A model generated the notes under the pieces. That model searched no databases. It worked only from the letters and a program-made list of their open reading frames with translations, and was not told where the DNA came from. Positions 57,444 through 64,000 of a DNA stretch of 64,000 bases are shown piece by piece; the stretch's first letter is position 1; every line of letters starts with the position of its first letter. Location: positions 8,858 through 72,857 of the forward strand of contig CAZRKH010000082.1 in assembly GCA_964600785.1 (NCBI GenBank). Reading direction: 5' to 3'. Source of the DNA: an uncultured Chitinophagaceae bacterium. GTDB taxonomy: Bacteria; Planctomycetota; Planctomycetia; Pirellulales; UBA1268. The position numbers and the translations under genes are program-made.

Positions 57444-58481
57444 TCAAGGAAGCGAGACGGATTCTTCGCCGGCTCGTGTTCCCAGCTCGTTGTACAGGCG
57501 GTAGTCGAGGGAGTCACTGAAGAAATGAACACTGCCATCTCCCATCACAAACTGAACGCCCCCCGGATGAAAACTCTTGTACCCGCAAGCCCGATAATGG
57601 ATGCCCCCCGCCCTGTTGCACACCTCGAAGGTGTTCATCGGGATGGTCGTCCCTGCGATTGGAAAGTTGATGGAATAGGCGCCGATGTAAACGCACTGGC
57701 TGGGAATCGTTTCACCGAGCATGAGGGTATTCGAGAGGCCGTCGTGAACGTGTGCAAACGTGAAGCCCGACGGAAACCTCCCAAACATTCCCACCGAGTT
57801 GTTGTTCGGTCCTGTCGACCCGTAGTTGAATCCCTGGCAGCAGTAACTGGGACGGGCCTCGGAACAGAAAGGGCAGTGATCCGGCTGGGTCGGCCCCATG
57901 CTGCCCGGATACCACAGGCCCAAGGCGGGGGAGGGATTGGTAGAGGTTATGTTGTCGCGGTCATCCATGATCGGATTGGAAGAAGCTGGATCGCTGGGGC
58001 ACACGACCGTCGGTACAACCGTCCTGACGGCCTCGGCGTTGGCTGAATCGCGCATCGCTTTTGAAAAATCGAACAGGTCGTAGAGCGGCTGCTGCTCCAA
58101 GTGAGGCAGGATCCATGCAACCCACGTCCCCCCCGGCTTGTTATGAGGTGCGACATTGTCATAAGGCGTTGTGATTGGCAGTCGGCCGTGATTCCCATGG
58201 AACCCGTGTAATGCCACCGCCAGCTGCTTGAGATTGTTGCCGCACTGCGTCCTTCGGGCGGTCTCTCGGGCGGCTTGGAGGCCCGGCAGCAGCAGGGCAA
58301 CGAGCAACGCGATAATCGCGATCACGACGAGCAGTTCGACGAGGGTGAAACCATGCAGGGGGCGGGAGAAAGCCGCATTTTCCCTGGGGGCGGGCGGGGT
58401 CTTCGGGACCCTCACCTCGAGTGCACGACGATCAGCGTGGCGGCGGTCGGCATTGATGCGGGTAGCGGAATTGAATTGCAT
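57444..58481 (-). CDS. DUF1559 prepilin-type N-terminal cleavage/methylation protein
   Basis: GFTLVELLVVIAIIALLVALLLP, QCGNNLKQL, DGLSNT, SFHPGGVQFVMGDGSV (H-X9-DG); start uncertain. Confidence 0.93.
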   Translation of the reverse strand: MQFNSATRINADRRHADRRALEVRVPKTPPAPRENAAFSRPLHGFTLVELLVVIAIIALLVALLLPGLQAARETARRTQCGNNLKQLAVALHGFHGNHGRLPITTPYDNVAPHNKPGGTWVAWILPHLEQQPLYDLFDFSKAMRDSANAEAVRTVVPTVVCPSDPASSNPIMDDRDNITSTNPSPALGLWYPGSMGPTQPDHCPFCSEARPSYCCQGFNYGSTGPNNNSVGMFGRFPSGFTFAHVHDGLSNTLMLGETIPSQCVYIGAYSINFPIAGTTIPMNTFEVCNRAGGIHYRACGYKSFHPGGVQFVMGDGSVHFFSDSLDYRLYNELGTRAGEESVSLP

Positions 58482-58608
58482 ATTGGTATCGAGACGCCGC
58501 GTGCCGCCGACGGCTGTCGCGGATAACGACGTTATCTTCCTTACGGATCCCCACGACGGATTCATTACCCGTTTCGCCTCCCCGGCGGAAAAGTAGCCGA
58601 TGAACAAC

Positions 58609-58700
58609 AGCCCGGTCAATAGCACCACCGCAAATGTCCCCGAACTGATGGGCGGCTCGTGAGCGGTATGCTTCTGTCTCCTGGGTGCGCACCAGGCCTT
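58609..58700 (-). repeat. 92-bp direct repeat, copy 2 (putative IS91-like element end)
   Basis: Matches 56611-56702; lies downstream of a transposase C-terminal remnant. Confidence 0.9.
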
Positions 58701-58820
58701 GCCCGACCGCCTGGACCGCCTGCCTTTCCCCTCGGGAGTGGCGGTTTTCTCGTGTCGGCGCGGAGTCTCTCCGAGTCCGGCGGCGCGGCGGCTTTGTCGT
58801 GACCTGGCTGGCGGCGGCGG

Positions 58821-58930
58821 TCACAGGCTGTGGATGTCGATCGCGGGCAGCTCGTTGGGTGACGCCTGAAAGATGTCGCGGTCGAAAGTGCCCATGCACG
58901 AGTTCGTCCAAGTCGATGTGCGGGCCATTC
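58821..58930 (-). mobile_element. Frameshifted extreme C-terminus of an IS91-like transposase
   Basis: GPHIDLDELVHG/(frameshift)/DRDIFQASPNELPAIDIHSL*. Confidence 0.6.
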
Positions 58931-59014
58931 ATGGCCCCGTCCTGCCGAGTCCGGCGTGACGAGCATCAACTACTCGCTTGAGCATCTGGTGGGAGGGAGG
59001 CCGGCATGAAAGGC

Positions 59015-59186
59015 CTACCTCAGCAAGCGGTCGTAGTCGGCGTGGTTACTTTTAGCCGGGGAGCGAAGGATGAAACGCGTCTCGTTGCCACACGCGGTAG
59101 CCAGCGGTTGCCTGTTTCCTCACGTCGCTGGGCAAGCCCCGAAAAGCCTGCCAGAACCGTCGGTTCGCGACGCTCCGAATCGTCAC
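59015..59186 (-). pseudogene. ParE/RelE-like toxin remnant with an internal deletion
   Basis: RSVANRRFWQAFRGLP..RKQA..YRVWQRDAFHPSL, then out-of-frame HADYDRLL*. Confidence 0.65.
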
Positions 59187-59350
59187 CGCCCCGCCTCTGT
59201 GGCGGTATCGCCGTCTTCGGCCAGCAGATCTTCGAGCGGCCGAAAGCGACCGGCGGCGATGTCGGCCCGGGCCTCGGCGACGAGGTGGCCGAGCCGGCCA
59301 GCGGCAGCGTCGGCGGCGATCTGGCGGTCCCAGTCGTCGTCGGTCGCCGG
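59183..59350 (-). pseudogene. 5'-truncated antitoxin remnant
   Basis: DDWDRQIAADAAAGRLGHLVAEARADIAAG; GTGA overlap with the toxin; no start codon before the tRNA. Confidence 0.6.
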
Positions 59351-59394
59351 TCGTCGCTCGAAACCCCCCCCTGATTTTCCAGAACAAAACCGAG

Positions 59395-59469
59395 TCGGGG
59401 CGGAGAGATTCGAACTCTCGACCTCCTGGTCCCAAACCAGGCGCGCTAGCCAAACTGCGCCACGCCCCG
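59395..59469 (-). tRNA. tRNA-Pro (TGG)
   Basis: CGGGGCGTGGCGCAGTTTGGCTAGCGCG...TTTGGGA...GTTCGAATCTCTCCGCCCCGA. Confidence 0.97.
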
Positions 59470-59497
59470 TAGGCAGTGCGACTGAGTCTACCCGACC

Positions 59498-60538
59498 TCA
59501 GCCGGTGATGTGGTCGAGCAGCCGCTCGAATTCGTCGCCGTCGGCAAAGGGGATCACGATCCGGCCCGAGCCCTTGCTCGTGGCATGCACCACCACCTTC
59601 GTGCCAAGGGCCCGGCGAAGCTCGGTTTCCACCGCCGCCACCTCCGCCGACCGTCGCGAGGGCCCCCGGCCCGACCGCCGCGAAGACGCCGCCTCCGCCC
59701 CGGCCCCGTGCAGGCCCTCGTCATCGTCGTCGGCCCGCAGGATCTCCTGCACCTCCGACTCCACCGCCCGCACCGAAAGCCCCTCGGCCTCCACCCGGGC
59801 CGCGAGCCGCTCCTGCTCCTGCTCGTCGCCCACAGGCAACAAGGCGCGGGCATGGCCCATCGAAATCGACCCGGCCCGCAGCATGCCCTGCACCTTCTCC
59901 GGCAGCTCCAAAAGACGGATCAGGTTGGCCACGCTCGAGCGGTTGATCGAGAGCCGCTTGGCCAGTTCCTCCTGGGTGCACTGCCAGTTGGCGAGGTATT
60001 GCTTGAAGCTCGCTGCCTTTTCCAGCGGATCGAGATCTCGCCGCTGGAGGTTTTCCACGATGGCGATCTCCGCCATCTGGCGATCGTCCACCTCGAGCAC
60101 CCGTGCCGGCACCGTCTGCCAGCCGAGGCGTCGAGCCGCCGCCAGCCGCCGCTGCCCGGCGATCAGTTGATACCGATCACCCTGGGTGCGAACCACGATC
60201 GGCTGCACCAGGCCATGCTCCCGCAGGCTTTCGGCAAGTTCCTCGAGGGCGGCGTCGTCGACCACGCTTCGCGGCTGCCACGGGTTGGCATCGATGCCGG
60301 TCACGGCAATCGCGTCGGCCGGCACGCCCGAGACCGCCTGCTCCACCTCCTCGGGGCTGTGCAGGAAGAGCCTCGCTGCAGCCGAGCCGCCACCTGGTGA
60401 GCCGCCACTTGGTGAGCCGCCGGCCGGCGGGGCCGGCTGCGAGGCGACCGCAGAGCTGCCGTCGGTGACGGGGGTTTCGGGGGCAGTTCGTCCCAAGAGG
60501 GCCTCGAGGCCCCGTCCCAGGCGTCGTTGGCTACTCAC
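59498..60538 (-). CDS. parB: Chromosome partitioning protein ParB
   Basis: LGRGLEALL, NPWQPR, LIAGQRRL, ENLQRRDL, HTH, GHARALL. Confidence 0.95.
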   Translation of the reverse strand: MSSQRRLGRGLEALLGRTAPETPVTDGSSAVASQPAPPAGGSPSGGSPGGGSAAARLFLHSPEEVEQAVSGVPADAIAVTGIDANPWQPRSVVDDAALEELAESLREHGLVQPIVVRTQGDRYQLIAGQRRLAAARRLGWQTVPARVLEVDDRQMAEIAIVENLQRRDLDPLEKAASFKQYLANWQCTQEELAKRLSINRSSVANLIRLLELPEKVQGMLRAGSISMGHARALLPVGDEQEQERLAARVEAEGLSVRAVESEVQEILRADDDDEGLHGAGAEAASSRRSGRGPSRRSAEVAAVETELRRALGTKVVVHATSKGSGRIVIPFADGDEFERLLDHITG

Positions 60539-61277
60539 AGTCGCGTACCTCCATGCACAGTTCGGTGTAGGCCCGGGCCCCGGGACTTCGCGGGGCATAG
60601 TCGAGAACGGTCATCGCGTGGCTGGGGGCCTCTGAAACCGCCACGTCGCGGGGGATCACCGTCTCGAAGACGATCTCCCCGAAGAAGTCGCGAACCTCCG
60701 CCTCGACCTCGTGGGTCAACTCGAGCGAGGCGTCGTGCATCGTGAGCACGATCCCGCCAAACTCGAGCCTCCCGGGCCGGGACTGCATCACCTCGCGGAT
60801 CACTTCGATCATTTGCGTGAGGCCCTCGAGGGCGAAATACTCGCACTGTATCGGCATCAAGACCTCCGTGCTGCCGGCAAGCGCCGTTCGCGTGAGGTCT
60901 CCAAGCGATGGCGGACAGTCGATCAGGCAGCAGTCCCAGCCACCGAGGCCGTGGCTCATGTGCCGCTCGAGCACTGCCGATCCGCCGCGGGCCAGCTCGG
61001 CTATCCGCTCCACGTCGCGAACGCTGCGGCTGCCCGGCAGCAAAAACAGGCCGTCGACCGCCGTCTTCACGATCGATTCCGCCAGCGGTCGCTCCAGCAC
61101 CAGCGGGTGTTCCTCGGCCGGAGCCGCCCCGAAGCCGGTGGTGGCGTTGCACTGCGGATCGAGGTCGACCAGGAGCGTCCGCGAGCCGCCCTTGGCCAGG
61201 CCGGCGGCCAGGTTCGAGGCGGTGGTCGTCTTGCCGACGCCCCCCTTTTGGTTGGCAACACACACGATTCGGCCCAC
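60531..61277 (-). CDS. parA: Chromosome partitioning ATPase ParA/Soj
   Basis: NQKGGVGKTT, DLDPQCN, IDCPPSLG, QCEYFALEG. Confidence 0.95.
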   Translation of the reverse strand: MGRIVCVANQKGGVGKTTTASNLAAGLAKGGSRTLLVDLDPQCNATTGFGAAPAEEHPLVLERPLAESIVKTAVDGLFLLPGSRSVRDVERIAELARGGSAVLERHMSHGLGGWDCCLIDCPPSLGDLTRTALAGSTEVLMPIQCEYFALEGLTQMIEVIREVMQSRPGRLEFGGIVLTMHDASLELTHEVEAEVRDFFGEIVFETVIPRDVAVSEAPSHAMTVLDYAPRSPGARAYTELCMEVRDCE

Positions 61278-61449
61278 GTACGAATTTCCCCCCGCCACAA
61301 GGCAGCCTGCGACACGCATTCCGCGCACCATCGATGCACCCGGAATATCGTCCACTCCAGGCATATTCGTCAGATCGCGGCCGGCGGTGCGACCGATCGG
61401 TCCCTCCGCGCAGGCTTGCCCAACAAGCCGGGCAAGATGTGCGGGCTGG

Positions 61450-62772
61450 TCAGACTCGACTCAGGCTGCGGACCTCGTCGGCGATCGCGGCGATGCCGGC
61501 CCGTACGCTCGCCGGATCCATCGTAAACGTCATCCGCAGGCACTCCTCGCGGTGCCGCCAGAGGCCGCCGGGGGATGCATCCGCCCGCCCGCCGGCCTGA
61601 TGCGGGAGCCCCTCGGGCTCCTCGAGCCCGTAGAAGAAATAGTCGCCCGGCACCACGAGCACCCCTCGCCGCTTGAGCCGCTCGTAGAGCTCCCGGGAGC
61701 CGATCGGCAGCCCCGGAAACCAGAGCCATAAAAACAACGCCCCCTCGCTGGCATGAACCGCGTAATCGAAGCTGTCGGCGAAGGCCTCCCGCACCCAGCC
61801 CTGTGCTGCCCGCGACTTTTCCTGGTAATAGGGCCGCACCGTCTCCCGGGCAAGCGAGAGGATTTCTCCGCTCTCCAGAAGCGGACGAACGATCTCCTGG
61901 CCGAGATTCGGGTTGGCCAGACCGATCACCGAGCCGGTCTCGGCGATCGCCGCGGTGATCCCGGGAGGGCCGATCACGATCCCCGTTCGCGTGCCGGGCA
62001 GGCCGAGCTTGGAAAGGCTCAGAGTCAGGATTACGTGCTCGTCCCACAGCGGCGTGGCCCCGGTGAAGATCACGTCGGGAAAAGGGGCCCCATAGGCGTT
62101 GTCGATGACAAGCGGGATGCCATGCACCTTGGCCAGTGCTGAGAGGCGAGAGAGCTCCTCGTCGGTGAGCACGTTGCCGCTGGGATTGGTCGGCCGCGAG
62201 ACACAGATCGCCGCGATGCTCTCGTCGATCTCGAGGGCATCGAAGTCGATGCCGTACTTGAAGCTGTGCTCGCCGGTGCGGTCGATCCGGGGTCGCATGC
62301 CGCGGAAGAGCCCCTCGCAGGAGCCCTGGTTGGCATAGCCGATGTATTCCGGCATCAGCGGCAGCAGGATCTGCCGCCGGCTGCCATCGGGCATCTCACC
62401 GGCGAGTAGATTGAAGAGGATGAAGAAGGCCGTCTGCCCGCCGACGGTGATCGCCACGTGCTCCGGGCCGATCGGCCAGCCAAACTCCCGCCGCAGAAGG
62501 CCGACGAGAGCCTCGATGAACCGCTGGTTGCCTCGCGGCGGGTCGTAGTTGCCAAGCACCCGCTCGAGACATCCGGGCGAGGCGAGGACTTCCTCCATCC
62601 GTCTCCGCCAGAGGGCGTCGATCTCGGGGATGTGGGCCGGCTGCCCGCCCCCGAGCATCTTCACGTCACCCCCCTCGGCGAGCGCCCGGCCGAGATCCTC
62701 CATCAGTTCGCCGATGCCGCTGCCGGCGGCCAGCTGCCGCCCGAGCTTCGAGAACCGCAGGGGCGGATTCAC
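61450..62772 (-). CDS. avtA: Valine-pyruvate aminotransferase
   Basis: MLGGGQPAHIP, SRPTNPSGNV, IDNAYGAPFP, SLSKLGLPGTRTG. Confidence 0.9.
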   Translation of the reverse strand: MNPPLRFSKLGRQLAAGSGIGELMEDLGRALAEGGDVKMLGGGQPAHIPEIDALWRRRMEEVLASPGCLERVLGNYDPPRGNQRFIEALVGLLRREFGWPIGPEHVAITVGGQTAFFILFNLLAGEMPDGSRRQILLPLMPEYIGYANQGSCEGLFRGMRPRIDRTGEHSFKYGIDFDALEIDESIAAICVSRPTNPSGNVLTDEELSRLSALAKVHGIPLVIDNAYGAPFPDVIFTGATPLWDEHVILTLSLSKLGLPGTRTGIVIGPPGITAAIAETGSVIGLANPNLGQEIVRPLLESGEILSLARETVRPYYQEKSRAAQGWVREAFADSFDYAVHASEGALFLWLWFPGLPIGSRELYERLKRRGVLVVPGDYFFYGLEEPEGLPHQAGGRADASPGGLWRHREECLRMTFTMDPASVRAGIAAIADEVRSLSRV

Positions 62773-64000
62773 GCTCCGCTCCCAACAGGCTGCCTCGTCC
62801 AGGTCCCGTCGATCATCCGCCAGGGCGACCCCGGCGGCACGGCATCGGCGAGACAGTCGGGCAGCCGTAGGGGTGAGCAGCCGTCGTAGCAGATGCGGCG
62901 GGCGAAGCGGAGCATCGAGAAGGGCAGCCCCACCGCCGAGAAGAAGGGCGGGCCGGCAGCCGGCCAGGGGCCACCGTGGTGCATCGCCGGACTGACGGCC
63001 AGGCCGGTGGGCATCCGGTTTTCAATCAGCCGGCCGCTGATCGCCGCAAGTCGCGAGGCGATTGGCCCGACAGCCTGCTCGTCGCCGGCATCGCTGTAGA
63101 GGCTCGCGGCGAGGGTTCCCGGCAGCCGCTCGATTGCCTGGGCAAGCTCGTCGAGCGAGTCGCACCGCACCAGCAGCGTGGCGTTGCCGAAGGCCTCGCC
63201 GAGCAGTTCGCCACGCCCGATAAACTCAGAGGCGGTCGTTTCCAGGAGCGTCGCTGCATGGCGGCAGCCTTCCGCGGCCGCCTCGGCCCCCGCGATCCGC
63301 CGGGCACCGGCCCGCTCGAGCGCGGCGAGCGACGCATCGAGCCGCTCCCGCACCGGTGGCCCGAGCAGCAGCTGCGGGGCGACGCTGCGAAACCGCTCAG
63401 CCACCGCCTCCACAAACCCGCGGCCGGCCTCGTCGTCGACGAGAAACACAAGCCCCGGTTTGGTGCACAGCTGTCCGGCCGATCCGGTGACGCTTGTGGT
63501 GAGTTCATCGGCGATCGACGCGGCCCGCGATGCGATCGCTGCCGGCAGAAGCACGACGGGATTGAGGCTGCCCATCTCCACCCAGATCGGCCGACCCGCC
63601 GCCGAGGCTGCGGCAAACAGCCGTCGGCCGGCCCGCTCGCCGCCCGTGAACGCCGTGGCACCCACGCGGGCATCGGCCACGAGCCGCTCACCGTCTTCGA
63701 TTCCAAGGCCGTGGATCAGCTGGATGCTTGCCGCGGGCAGGCCCGACTCCCCGAGGGCCGCCACCGCCTCGCCGGCGGCCAGCTGCGAGACGGCCGGGTG
63801 GCCGGGATGGGCCTTGGCGATCACCGGACAGCCTGCCGCGAAAGCCGCGGCGAAGTCGCCGCCGGTGAGGCACCCGAAGGCCAGCGGAAAGTTCGACGGT
63901 GGCAGCACCACCACCGGGCCGAGTGGAAAGGCTGCCGAGCGGATGTTGCGAGACGAGTCGATCACCGCCAGCCGCCAGTCGCCGCTGCGGGCTGCCGCGG
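62769..64000 (-). CDS. NADP-dependent aldehyde dehydrogenase (ketoglutarate semialdehyde dehydrogenase-like), 5'-truncated by the window edge
   Basis: SNFPLAF, GGDFAAA, FTGG, EMGSLNP, GQLCTKPG, EAFG. Confidence 0.88.
   Translation of the reverse strand, partial: AAARSGDWRLAVIDSSRNIRSAAFPLGPVVVLPPSNFPLAFGCLTGGDFAAAFAAGCPVIAKAHPGHPAVSQLAAGEAVAALGESGLPAASIQLIHGLGIEDGERLVADARVGATAFTGGERAGRRLFAAASAAGRPIWVEMGSLNPVVLLPAAIASRAASIADELTTSVTGSAGQLCTKPGLVFLVDDEAGRGFVEAVAERFRSVAPQLLLGPPVRERLDASLAALERAGARRIAGAEAAAEGCRHAATLLETTASEFIGRGELLGEAFGNATLLVRCDSLDELAQAIERLPGTLAASLYSDAGDEQAVGPIASRLAAISGRLIENRMPTGLAVSPAMHHGGPWPAAGPPFFSAVGLPFSMLRFARRICYDGCSPLRLPDCLADAVPPGSPWRMIDGTWTRQPVGSGA

Noticed and set aside
60383-60425. 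15-bp repeats in parB (GGSPS GGSPG GGSAA)
   Set aside because: Ordinary low-complexity linker expansion
59498-61450. parS site near parAB
   Set aside because: No GTTTCACGTGAAAC-like palindrome seen by eye

Overview
GC-rich bacterial chromosome segment, most likely a planctomycete (DUF1559 prepilin-like gene, PEP-CTERM/exosortase, several DUF2294 genes, acidic NusG N-terminus). From left to right it carries: an exosortase-wzc-epsI-gmd-fcl EPS/sorting cluster; a stand-alone RNA polymerase alpha-CTD gene; uvrD/pcrA, polX and a CHAD gene; the core tRNA(Thr,Tyr,Gly,Thr)-tuf-tRNA(Trp)-secE-nusG-rplKAJL-rpoBC cluster on the minus strand; a DUF2294-csrA-DUF2294 operon with a divergent third DUF2294; assorted regulatory and metabolic genes (HerA-like ATPase, purU, ECF sigma, WYL, hemerythrin, cytochrome c, M16 pair, hss-odc, crcB); a decayed island next to tRNA-Pro with IS91-like ends and a toxin-antitoxin remnant; then parAB, avtA and an aldehyde dehydrogenase. 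The best candidate for a new system is a roughly 120-nt leader RNA present twice in unrelated contexts (35884-36002 minus, 49914-50037 plus). It has the layout CTCC..CGGAAGACG-[variable hairpin]-CGTARGCCGGCGTGAG-[terminator]-TTTTTTGTTG, in which a conserved helix competes with an intrinsic terminator. One copy precedes the DUF2294-csrA-DUF2294 operon, the other a PEP-CTERM gene. All family calls come from motif recognition by eye; no database searches were run.
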